Below are positions 50,532 through 59,774 of a stretch of 64,000 nucleotides of DNA, piece by piece; the stretch's first letter is position 1, and the number at the start of each line of letters is the position of its first letter. The notes beneath the pieces were generated by a model. It was not told where the DNA came from and did no database searches. It saw nothing but the letters and a program-made list of their open reading frames with translations. The translations under genes were made by a program, and so were the position numbers. The DNA comes from Gammaproteobacteria bacterium (GTDB lineage: Bacteria > Pseudomonadota > Gammaproteobacteria > Ga0077536). The stretch spans positions 464-64,463 of the forward strand of contig JBLFWX010000014.1 in the NCBI GenBank assembly GCA_047611805.1. The letters are read 5' to 3'.

Positions 50532-51503
50532 TTAGCCCTCCGCGATGCGCCGCAGTAGCTGCCGGGCGACTTCAGCACCATGAGTGTTTTGCAAGAAATG
50601 GCCTGCGCCCGCGATCGGATCAAACGACGTAGCGTTCATCTGTTTGCACCACGTGCGTCCCCATTGTTCCGTAAACACATCGTCGGTAACGCCCCAAATG
50701 AAGTGCGCTGGTTTATTCCACTTCAACAGAACTTCGTAGTGATGCGCTTGAGCGACGGCGTTGCCGTCGTGTCCTTCGTCTAGGGGAATGGACAACGGAA
50801 ATCGGCGTAGTCCGTTGTACGCCGAATCGTCGAGACCCTTGAACGGCGCTGCGAACCCCGCGTACATGCGCGCAGCTTCCCCTTCAAGATTGTCAGGCGC
50901 TAGTCCAGAGACAAATGCTTTAACCATCGTCTCGCGATCGATGTAGCCTGAGCTGCGCAGGAACAACGCGGCGATGTTCGGCGTTGGACGGCAGAACATG
51001 CCGCCGTCGTGCCAATGACGATGCCACGTTCGAATCCCTTCGGAGTATTCGAACTCACGATGATGAAGCCAGGTATTCATGATCACGAGACGCTCGAAAC
51101 GATCCGACATCATTGCTGCTTGCGCCAATCCAGTCGGCCCGCCCCAATCCTGGCACATCAACGTGATGCGCTGCAGGTCGAGGGTTGTGATGAGCGACGT
51201 GAGAACCTCAGTGTGGCGTGCGATCGTGTACCAATGAATATCGGTCGGCTTATCCGACTTCCCAAAACCGAGATGATCTGGCGCGATGCAGCGAAACCCG
51301 GCCGCGACTAGCGGCGGCATGACGTTGCGGTACAGGTAGCTCCAGGCCGGCATTCCATGCAGCATGAGCACGACCGGACCATCGACTGGTCCGACGTCGA
51401 GATAGTGCATGCGTAGATCTTGCCAATGATGGTAGTGAGGCGGATACGGGAAATCATCCAAGGCAGCGAAATTTTCGTCTGGGGTCCGGACAAAGTCGGT
51501 CAT
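50532..51503 (-). CDS. haloalkane dehalogenase (HLD-I, DhlA-like)
   Basis: 323 aa. RTPDENFAALDDFPY.PHY, HGMPAWSYLYR and APDHLGFGKSDKP run collinear with Xanthobacter DhlA as I recall it. QDWGG supplies the nucleophile Asp and halide-binding Trp. GAGHFLQ supplies the catalytic His. Confidence 0.8.
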   Translation of the reverse strand: MTDFVRTPDENFAALDDFPYPPHYHHWQDLRMHYLDVGPVDGPVVLMLHGMPAWSYLYRNVMPPLVAAGFRCIAPDHLGFGKSDKPTDIHWYTIARHTEVLTSLITTLDLQRITLMCQDWGGPTGLAQAAMMSDRFERLVIMNTWLHHREFEYSEGIRTWHRHWHDGGMFCRPTPNIAALFLRSSGYIDRETMVKAFVSGLAPDNLEGEAARMYAGFAAPFKGLDDSAYNGLRRFPLSIPLDEGHDGNAVAQAHHYEVLLKWNKPAHFIWGVTDDVFTEQWGRTWCKQMNATSFDPIAGAGHFLQNTHGAEVARQLLRRIAEG

Positions 51504-51607
51504 AAAGTTCCCTTAGTCTACTTCAAGGTTTGCGATGCCAACGAGGCGCGCTGCGCTTTGTAGTCGGCACCCGAACCGCGAGGTCCGGCGTACCGCAACA
51601 TTTTTCC

Positions 51608-52825
51608 CTATGCCGCAAGTGGCTGCTGTCTAACTAACGGCACGACTAGAAAGCCGGCAGTTTTCATTGCTTGCAGATCTTGGGCCATACACACGGCGCG
51701 TAGTTGGTGGAATACCTGAGCGGTTTTCGTTTCGTTCCAAAACCAATCATCTAGCTCCCCAGGAGTTGGGTTTCCGGGCTGCGCAGAAGCGCTTTCAAGC
51801 ATAAATGCCTTGAGATCTTCAGCGCGTAGGCGCACGGCATCGGCGAGTGACCGATCGGCGTCGGGACTGTCAGGAAGTTCGTCGCCGAACATACTCGCGA
51901 TGAATGCCGCGATCTGTTCGAGAGATTCCGCCACATCACTGACCGTCGTCCGACCACGCGCTTCGACTGCCCGCTCGTACCAGGGTTTCATCGCCAATAT
52001 TTCGTCGATTAAGGTTCGCTCTACTGCAGCCGCGCCGGTTAAGGTTTCTTCCGATCGTGCGAAACTAATCGGGCAACTCCACAGCTCTTGCACCATGGCA
52101 GCTTGTGGCTCGTCGTCCGGAAAATCTTCGAGAACGGGGCCTTCGTCAGACTCGAGCAAGGACAAGGCTTGGTGCACAACCCTCCTCTGGAACGCAGGAT
52201 CGTTAGGCGCACCACACGGTCGGCCTAAATCAAACGGCACCCACAACGCACGCGGCGGTGCGATCTTTTCGGCGTGCAATCGGATTAAAGTGATTGCTGT
52301 TGTCGCGATGCCTTGTTTTTCGAACAAATGTCCAAGCCCGCACACGGCGCGCGTACAGAAGGGTCACACCGGCGCCAAGAGTAACGCGGTCACTGCATCT
52401 TTCTTTAGCAACGGTGCGAGGCGTTCGACGCTCGGTGCAAGTAAGGTCGGATCGGTGGAACCCATTAACGAGTAATGGAAATCGGCAACGGATCCGATAA
52501 CGCCTTCGTCCGCGAGTTCGCGTAAGCGATCGATTGGAAACACAACATTCAAATCTTGTTGGAAACCGGTGCGATCGTAGTTCGGCGAAACGTGGCTCAT
52601 AACAAGATCACCAGCGGCCGTATCGCCTGGGATCACTCGGTAATCGGACGCGCCAATTTCGAATGCTTGGTCGCCGCGTTTAAACAACGCGGCAGTTGAA
52701 ATTATTGCAACCCGACGCTCACTGAGTGGGCCACCTTTAACGAACGCCGGATCGTCGAAAACCGGACACTCAAGCGCTTCCAAGGGTTTGCGTAAACTGT
52801 CGTCTAATGATTCTAAACGCGCCAT
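51608..52825 (-). CDS. PrdB/GrdB-family (glycine/sarcosine/betaine/D-proline reductase selenoprotein B-like) protein with in-frame UGA, candidate selenoprotein
   Basis: ORFs 52364..52825 and 51608..52345 are in frame. One TGA (52364-52366) lies in LLAPV-U-PFCTRAVCG. Family blocks are LVMSHVSPNYD, VFPIDRLRELADEGVIG and HYSLMG. A hairpin sits at 52337-52359. Confidence 0.65.
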
Positions 52826-53101
52826 ATCGGCCTCCGTTATTAAAATTATTTTCGTTCTAAGCGCAGCATACGACTAATGATATCGCGGTTTCTTCTCAAG
52901 ATGGACGTGGTAAAAACTGCTCATCACCGGCGACTCCGGTAACTATCGAGGCGCTGAATAATTCACGCACAAGACCGCCGAAGTAGACGAATCGTAATGC
53001 GGGTTAGCGCATGCAGCCAATCGGCAATTATTTGATCGTTTTGTGTCCTGCTTTGAAGCAGCTATTTGCGCGCTCCAACCTTCGACGCTGTCGGTATCGG
53101 C

Positions 53102-53692
53102 TCACCGGGGTCGAGCTCGCTGACGTGCCGCGCCTGTAGCCGCTGCTTGCTGGACAGCGGCTACGATCCCCTCGGCATCACTGAAATCTATGACCAAATC
53201 GTGAAATCGCACGACTTTCGTGTCGTAATTCAGGATGGCGGGCAGCACTGGGACGTTCGCGGATTGAGCGATTAGCGCAAATCCGCTCCGCCACGCAGTG
53301 ACCTTGCTCCGCGTACCCTCTGGTGTGATACCGAGGACTAGTTGCGTCTCAGATTGAAAACGTTCTACGAGTTGCTCGACCAAACCTTGCGAAGAATGAC
53401 GATGCACCGCAATCCCGCCAAGGGCGGTCATCAGTGGACCTAGCGGGAAACGAAATAACGAATGTTTCGCGAGATAGGAGGCACGCAATCCTAATCCCCA
53501 AATAACCGCGACGGTTAAGGCAAAATCGATGTTCGACGAGTGCGGCGCCACGGCGACGATCATTTTCGGGTAATTCGGAATTTCGCCTTCAATTCGCCAA
53601 CCCATCGCACGCAGCGCCACGCGCCCTAACTTCATGGTGAGCCAATTTCCACCGGTCGGTACATTCGGACCGAGTTCCTGCCACGACGCCAT
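53102..53692 (-). CDS. lysophospholipid (1-acyl-sn-glycerol-3-phosphate-type) acyltransferase
   Basis: 196 aa. Has the H-x4-D motif APHSSNIDF and the PEGTRS block. Confidence 0.8.
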   Translation of the reverse strand: MASWQELGPNVPTGGNWLTMKLGRVALRAMGWRIEGEIPNYPKMIVAVAPHSSNIDFALTVAVIWGLGLRASYLAKHSLFRFPLGPLMTALGGIAVHRHSSQGLVEQLVERFQSETQLVLGITPEGTRSKVTAWRSGFALIAQSANVPVLPAILNYDTKVVRFHDLVIDFSDAEGIVAAVQQAAATGAARQRARPR

Positions 53693-53738
53693 TAATATGT
53701 ACCCAAATTTCGGTTACTCAATGTGTGTGATGCTCAAA

Positions 53739-54485
53739 CTAGCCGCGGCCAATATAGGGCATGTTTGTTGCCATCACTGTCATAAATTGAACGTTTGCAT
53801 CTAACGGCAGTTCGGCCATGTGGAGCACGGAGTTCGCCACATTCGCGACATCCATCGTCGCTTCCACTTTGATCGATCCGTCCGCCTGGCCTGTGCCAGC
53901 GGCCATGGGCGCGGCCATCTCAGTTAAAGCGTTGCCGATATCAATTTGGCCACAGGCGATATTAAACGGCCGCCCGTCCAGTGAGATCGTTTTTGTCAGA
54001 CCCGTTATCGCGTGCTTCGTGCTGGTATATGGTGCCGAACCCGGCCGCGGCACGTAGGCCGAAATGGAACCATTGTTGATTATCCGACCGCCTTGAGGTG
54101 ATTGTCGTCGCATTGCGCGAAACGCTTCACGCGCGCAGTAAAACGTACCGTTAACGTTGACGTCGACCACGGCGCGCCAATCGTCGAGACTGATCTCATC
54201 GATCGTGCCAGGCGGCCTTGCTTGCCCCGCATTATTGAACAACACATCCAATCGGCCCCAAGTTGTCAGCACTAATTGAAAAGCCGCCGCCACTGCGTTC
54301 GCTTGCGTGATATCACAAGGTATTGCGAGCGCGTTGGCATTACCAGATGCCACTTCTTTAAGCAGTTCCGCACGGCGGCCAAGGAGTCCGACTTTGTATC
54401 CGCGCCGCAAAAACAATTCGGCGCACGCGCGCCCGATGCCGGCCCCGGCACCCGTAATGATCGCAGTTTTGTTCGGCTCACTCAT
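53739..54485 (-). CDS. SDR family oxidoreductase
   Basis: 248 aa. Has TGAGAGIG, NNAG and the catalytic YTSTK. Confidence 0.85.
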   Translation of the reverse strand: MSEPNKTAIITGAGAGIGRACAELFLRRGYKVGLLGRRAELLKEVASGNANALAIPCDITQANAVAAAFQLVLTTWGRLDVLFNNAGQARPPGTIDEISLDDWRAVVDVNVNGTFYCAREAFRAMRRQSPQGGRIINNGSISAYVPRPGSAPYTSTKHAITGLTKTISLDGRPFNIACGQIDIGNALTEMAAPMAAGTGQADGSIKVEATMDVANVANSVLHMAELPLDANVQFMTVMATNMPYIGRG

Positions 54486-54660
54486 AACGTGTTCCTCAAT
54501 TCTCGGCTACCTAATTTGTTGTTAGTGTACTTCTAAGCGAACGTTCACCACGCCCATACCAACCCCGCAGCGCGTTTCGACAATCATTGTCACCGCTACG
54601 CTAGTCGCGCCGCAATCAAGCTGCCACAATCCGCACAACAAGCAAACCAGGAGAGACCCC

Positions 54661-54993
54661 ATGTTGATCGTTTCAGTCGTGTTTGAATTCGTACCAGGCG
54701 GATTCGAGCGCATCAAAGCGGACGTTTTGAATGCCATCGAGAACTCACGTAAGGAACCGGGCGCACAAGTCTATGATTGGGCAATCGACGTAACCGCGCC
54801 AAACCGGGCAACGATCTTTGAAGTCTGGGATGATCAAGCGGCGCTCGACGAACATTTCACTCACGCTTACATGGATCGCTTGGTCGAAGCATTAAGCGCC
54901 GCCAACATTCGCGGCGACATCACACATTACTCTGCCGATATCTACGACATTAGCGGCAAACGCGACATGGGGTTTACCTTGCCGACTAGCTAG
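54661..54993 (+). CDS. antibiotic-biosynthesis-monooxygenase (ABM) domain protein / putative quinol monooxygenase
   Basis: 110 aa. The ferredoxin-like ABM pattern reads EPG...Y.......P....IFEVWDDQAALDEHFTHAYM. AGGAGAG lies upstream of the ATG. Confidence 0.7.
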   Translation: MLIVSVVFEFVPGGFERIKADVLNAIENSRKEPGAQVYDWAIDVTAPNRATIFEVWDDQAALDEHFTHAYMDRLVEALSAANIRGDITHYSADIYDISGKRDMGFTLPTS

Positions 54994-55138
54994 CTCGATC
55001 CGTCGCCTGCCGGAATCGCGTTTATTAGCCAGTTATCCGACTACAACGAGACCCTGTTTGGTCTTCGATCACCGAACAGCATTCGAGGGTTACGTAACAA
55101 TACACGAGTGTCCCTTGCTGGCTAGCCTGATGCGTAAA

Positions 55139-56728
55139 TTAGTCCCGCGATTCCTGATTACAGGCGAGCGAATTAGCCCAGGCGCGACACAAACCTTCAA
55201 TTTCGCTCCACTGATCGCTCGTGCCAAAAACATAGTGATCGGGACGCACTAGCGCGGCGACGCACTGATGTTCTGCAAACCATGCGCGAAGGATCTGATC
55301 GACTTCGACGACACGATGTTCGTCGGCTTCGGCAGTGGGATCTCCGCCTCCTAGAACCATCAAAGACAGAGCCGATTTTCCGCATTCGGCCACAATCTGT
55401 GCCCAACATGCAGAAAGCTCGGGGGATTCACGAACGACTAAGAGCGCGTCACTGCCGCCTAGATCGTCTAGCCGTTCGTGTCGACCCAAAGTGTCAACCA
55501 AGGGTTGAGGGAACACCGAACCGGCCCCGTTGGTGTCAGTCAAAATGAGACCGCCGGTTAGATTGGGGATCAACGATTGGCGTGAACGAACGACTGGCGG
55601 ATCGCCAAAATCCGCAAGCATCTTCACGTCGCGCGCGCGGGCGGCAACCGGATCCAGCTCGCAAATTACGCGGCCTAGTCCTTTGGCAATTTCAGTTGTT
55701 GCGCGCACATGTGGCGCCCGTTCGGTCATGTAACTGTCGAGTAGTTTCTCTTGTGCGCGACCCGAAATAATCCGGTCTAATTTCCAGGCTAAATTCGCTG
55801 CATCACGAAAACCTTGAGTCATACCTTGGGCCATAAATGGCGGCGTCATGTGCGCGGCATCGCCAAGCAGTAAGACCCGAGATCTCCGCCATTCATCGGC
55901 AATGACCGCGTGAAACTCGTACGGCGCCCAACGCCAGAGTTCGCCGTCGTCAGGACTCAGCCAACGCGACAATAAATTCCATACGGCTTGTTCGTCATCG
56001 AAATCGCTCGCCTGCTCGCCGGCTAACAATCGAATCTCCCAGCGACGATGATTGCCTGTTCCAATCACATAAGTGGCCGGCCGTGCAGGATCGCAGTATT
56101 GAATAATTGTCGCTGGCAATCGCTTGAGCGCGGCATCCGAGCAAAATACATCGACAACCAACCAAGGTTCATCGAACTCGAGCGACGCCATCGTGATACC
56201 CAGTAAGCGCCGTACGGTACTTGCGCCGCCGTCAGCTGCGAGTAGATATTTTGCCGATGCGGATGCGTTCTCGTCTCCGTCCCGGAGGCTTAAGCAGACC
56301 TCAGTCTCTTCGATGATCAAATCGACGAGCTCACAAGGTGCGCGCACTTCAACGCACGGGAAACGATGTAAGCCGGCGCGCAATGCAGCTTCGAACGGCG
56401 GTTGCCTAAACACATAATTCGGCGACCAACTCAGTGGATACGGCGGTGGCGGGGTATCGAATCGACTAATGACTTTACCGTCCACGCCGCGGTATTCGCT
56501 TGGTGCGTAAGCGGCGATCAGCGGTTCGATCTTATTTGCGAGCCCGCAATTTTGCAGCGTCCGCATCGCTTCATGGTCGAAAGCAATCGCTCTCGGCAGC
56601 GGATGAATGTCTGGGTCTTTGTCGATGATCAGCGTGGACAGACCGCGGATACCAAGCAAATTGGCAGCGATAGCACCAACAGGTCCCATGCCGACGATTG
56701 CGACATCGAACGCGCTCACAGGCTTCAA
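55139..56728 (-). CDS. FAD-dependent hydroxylase, MhpA-like (3-(3-hydroxyphenyl)propionate hydroxylase family)
   Basis: 529 aa. Blocks FDVAIVGMGPVGAIAANLLG, PRAIAFDHEAMR and LLGDAAHMTPPFMAQGMTQGFRDA. Confidence 0.75.
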   Translation of the reverse strand: MKPVSAFDVAIVGMGPVGAIAANLLGIRGLSTLIIDKDPDIHPLPRAIAFDHEAMRTLQNCGLANKIEPLIAAYAPSEYRGVDGKVISRFDTPPPPYPLSWSPNYVFRQPPFEAALRAGLHRFPCVEVRAPCELVDLIIEETEVCLSLRDGDENASASAKYLLAADGGASTVRRLLGITMASLEFDEPWLVVDVFCSDAALKRLPATIIQYCDPARPATYVIGTGNHRRWEIRLLAGEQASDFDDEQAVWNLLSRWLSPDDGELWRWAPYEFHAVIADEWRRSRVLLLGDAAHMTPPFMAQGMTQGFRDAANLAWKLDRIISGRAQEKLLDSYMTERAPHVRATTEIAKGLGRVICELDPVAARARDVKMLADFGDPPVVRSRQSLIPNLTGGLILTDTNGAGSVFPQPLVDTLGRHERLDDLGGSDALLVVRESPELSACWAQIVAECGKSALSLMVLGGGDPTAEADEHRVVEVDQILRAWFAEHQCVAALVRPDHYVFGTSDQWSEIEGLCRAWANSLACNQESRD

Positions 56729-57276
56729 GCTCTAGTCGTCGCAATCCGTTCGCGTAAGCCCGTCTGCCATTGCTCTCGAGTCATGAAACCCGGACGTTGG
56801 CGGCACATCGATTCTGTACGCGCGAGTATTTCGCTTTCGCTATTGGTCAGGTCCAAAGGCTCACGGCACGGTTGCGGAGAGTAGAACGGCGTGTCGACGT
56901 AAAGCTCGATCGTGTTGCCTTCGGGATCCGGGAAATACACCGACCAAGCATTACCGTGATCGACTTGCGCGATATCAGACACACCGTGATCGGACAAAAT
57001 CGTAAGGTATCGCCTTAAGGTAGCAAGGTCGTCGAGCTTGCACGAGAACTGATTAATGGTATTAAACGAGACGTCATTCGGGCGACCGGCAATGAGGACT
57101 AGCTGGTGATGTTCTTCCACGTCTTGGGTGAGGAATGCGATCCGCGATCCGAACGATGCGACACCTTCGTCGCTCACGACAAACCCCATGACACGGCAGT
57201 AGAACTCCGTCATGAGATCGATGTCCGCGCAATTAATGCCCATGTGCTTGAATCGCACCGCAGGCAGGCTACTCAT
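56725..57276 (-). CDS. VOC (glyoxalase/extradiol dioxygenase) family protein
   Basis: 183 aa. FKHMGINCADIDLMTEFYCRVMGF and HHQLVLIAG are typical of the VOC fold. There is a 4-nt overlap with the downstream hydroxylase gene. Confidence 0.7.
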   Translation of the reverse strand: MSSLPAVRFKHMGINCADIDLMTEFYCRVMGFVVSDEGVASFGSRIAFLTQDVEEHHQLVLIAGRPNDVSFNTINQFSCKLDDLATLRRYLTILSDHGVSDIAQVDHGNAWSVYFPDPEGNTIELYVDTPFYSPQPCREPLDLTNSESEILARTESMCRQRPGFMTREQWQTGLRERIATTRA

Positions 57277-57291
57277 CGACGATGCTCCAAC

Positions 57292-58137
57292 TTATTCGTC
57301 AGCAACTGGGTTGACTAGACTACCCACTCCAGGAATTCTCACTTCGAATTGATCCCCCGCACGCAGAAACACCGGCGGTTCGCGTTTGAAACCGACACCG
57401 CTTGGAGTGCCTGTTGCGATGATGTCCCCGGGTCGCCAGGCCAACGCTTGACTGACATAAGCAATAATGTGCGGTATATCAAACGCGAGCTGATCGAGTT
57501 TGCCTTCCTGCATTTGCTCGCCGTTTAAAAAAGACCGTAACTCAAGTTTCCGATAGTCGGGGATTTCGTCCGCTGTCACGAGATAAGGACCGAGAGCGCC
57601 GGTGCTACGGAAGTTTTTCCCCATTCCGTATTGGTGAGTGTGGAACTGCCAATCTCTTAGACTCGCGTCATTGAAGCAGCAATAACCGGCAACATGATCC
57701 ATCGCATTTGCGGCATCGATATGACTACCGGCTTTGCCAATCACGACAGCGAGTTCACCTTCGAAATCGAATTGTTCTGACACCTTCGGGCGCAGTAAGG
57801 GTTGACCGTGACCGAGCAAAGTATCGGCATAGCGTTGGAAGATGACGGGGTGTTCACCAACTTTGCGACCTGCTTCTTTGGCGTGCGCAACATAATTGAT
57901 ACCCACGCAAATTATCTTCGAGGGATTTTGAACGACTGGCAGGAAGCTTAGTTCATCAAAATGATACTGCTGCCCTTCATCGCCAATCGCCGCCAGATCG
58001 GCGAGACGATCGTTGTCCAAAACTGCCTGTACACTGCCGACGCCCGATAGGCGTTCGGTTAGATCGATAACATGTTGATCCGCCGTTAGCTTGCCAAACC
58101 TGGCGACCCCATTGCGTTCGAACGAAACTAGTTTCAT
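57292..58137 (-). CDS. fumarylacetoacetate hydrolase (FAH) family protein
   Basis: FAH-fold blocks KIICVGINYVAHAKE, FDFEGELAVVIGK and DIIATGTPSGVG. The start is set at ATG 58137, after GGGGGA. Confidence 0.85.
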   Translation of the reverse strand: MKLVSFERNGVARFGKLTADQHVIDLTERLSGVGSVQAVLDNDRLADLAAIGDEGQQYHFDELSFLPVVQNPSKIICVGINYVAHAKEAGRKVGEHPVIFQRYADTLLGHGQPLLRPKVSEQFDFEGELAVVIGKAGSHIDAANAMDHVAGYCCFNDASLRDWQFHTHQYGMGKNFRSTGALGPYLVTADEIPDYRKLELRSFLNGEQMQEGKLDQLAFDIPHIIAYVSQALAWRPGDIIATGTPSGVGFKREPPVFLRAGDQFEVRIPGVGSLVNPVADE

Positions 58138-58160
58138 CAGTCCCCCCAAGACCTCACAAA

Positions 58161-59438
58161 TTAATCGCGCCAGCCGCGACCATTATATTCATCGCGTAAT
58201 TGTGGCGCCACTTGATGTAGCTCGATCCCCAATTTGGGCAGCACTTTTTCGACAAGTAGTTCATTACTTTTCAACAAGCCATCAATTGGCGCCGGGCCTG
58301 CCGCAATCCAAAGAACCAAAGTATCTGTTTTGAAATCATCGAGGACTTTTTCTAGTTGTCGAACGACGTTATCAACCGTGCCACAGATCGAGTAGCCTCG
58401 CTCGCGGATCGTTGACGGATGATTGCGGATCACGCCCTGCTCGCCTGGCCGGCGCAAGGCTTCGTTTAGGCCGAACCAGTCGTGCCACCGCGTCCAAATA
58501 AAGCCTAGGCCGCGTTCCATAATCGCAAACGCTTCAGCATCCGTATCGGCAACCACCACCTCGCGAAAGTGTCCGACGCTCTCCCCCCAGGCGATATCAC
58601 GTCCTGCCTCCTGTGCGGCCTTGTAATAGAGATCGATACACGCTTTAGCGTTCTCCACGATCGGCGTGAAAATAACCGGTGTGACATTTTCGCGCGCGGC
58701 CCACTCGATGGTCGCCGGGCTCGTCGTAAATGGCGTAAACGTTTCTACTGTTTCAGGCTTTTGCAGAGTGAGTGGCGCGATGCCAATTTGGCGCAAATTT
58801 CCGTTTGCATCGACCATTCCTGGCGCCATCGTTTGCGTTGCGGGATGATCCCAAACGATACCGTCCGGCGGTATCTGCCAATGTTTCCCCTCGTGGCGGA
58901 ACAGGGGCTCTGACCAGGCGCGTCGAATGATTTCGTAGTGCTCGTTGAACAGTTCGCGATTCTGCCTGTCGTGTTCAACAAATTCTGGATCGGTCGGCTG
59001 AGTCGAGTAGGCATTCAGCTTTTGCCCGACTGTCGCAACATGACGCGACTGATAGCCCCGCGCGAAGCCAGCAATCATGCGACCCTCGGAGAAATGATCC
59101 AGCATCGCAAGATCTTCAGCCAGCAGTAGAGGATTACGCGCAGGCAACACATTGCCCATCTGACCGATGCGTAAGCGGCGAGTTTGCATCGCTGCCCAAC
59201 TACCTAGCATTACTGGATTGTTCGATAGCTCGAGGCCTTCAACGTGGAAATGATGTTCAGAAAATGCAGCAAAATCGAAACCGAGATCCTCGATTTGACG
59301 TAATACGCGGGAGGTGTCGCGTAAGCCGGCTTGGTAGTAATTGGGATTTTGCCCGGCGAATCCTTCTTCGTATTGTTCGGGGCTTGCGCCCGCGCTCGGC
59401 AACAGAAACGCGCCAAGACGAAATTTACCACTCCCCAT
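58161..59438 (-). CDS. LLM-class flavin-dependent oxidoreductase
   Basis: About 425 aa counted from ATG 59438. Blocks LGFDFAAFSEHHF, LAEDLAMLDHFSEGRMIAGFARG. The 158 upstream codons of the listed ORF overlap the divergent promoter region and look non-coding. Confidence 0.75.
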   Translation of the reverse strand: MGSGKFRLGAFLLPSAGASPEQYEEGFAGQNPNYYQAGLRDTSRVLRQIEDLGFDFAAFSEHHFHVEGLELSNNPVMLGSWAAMQTRRLRIGQMGNVLPARNPLLLAEDLAMLDHFSEGRMIAGFARGYQSRHVATVGQKLNAYSTQPTDPEFVEHDRQNRELFNEHYEIIRRAWSEPLFRHEGKHWQIPPDGIVWDHPATQTMAPGMVDANGNLRQIGIAPLTLQKPETVETFTPFTTSPATIEWAARENVTPVIFTPIVENAKACIDLYYKAAQEAGRDIAWGESVGHFREVVVADTDAEAFAIMERGLGFIWTRWHDWFGLNEALRRPGEQGVIRNHPSTIRERGYSICGTVDNVVRQLEKVLDDFKTDTLVLWIAAGPAPIDGLLKSNELLVEKVLPKLGIELHQVAPQLRDEYNGRGWRD

Positions 59439-59774
59439 TCGTGAATTCCCAAGATTCTGTCGAAGCCACAGCATAGTCGAAGCAAGTCCGAGATCAAACC
59501 GAGGACAGGCAGTGCGCCTTGTCCTAGAATACATCGTGTTGCCAGTGGCTTCAGCTGTGATTCCGTCGAGCTTGCTGCCCGGCGGTCGGACGATGTGACG
59601 GGGCGCGATCCTTCGGCAATGGACAACTTTAAATCGTACCAAGCAGCCGTGCATCGATAGCGCGTTGCGGGAAGGAAAAGTGCCATTACATCTAGCCTGT
59701 CTGGCGAGAGACATGGCACGGCAATGATTTAACCAAGTGCGATCCTCGGTCGCATACTGAACAGGACAGCAACA

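Noticed and set aside
51810-52475. A 221-aa plus-strand ORF spanning the TGA site of the PrdB-like gene.
   Set aside because: It is Ser/Ala/Arg-rich and low in complexity, as expected for an antisense shadow of a GC-rich gene. The minus-strand reading has clear family motifs.
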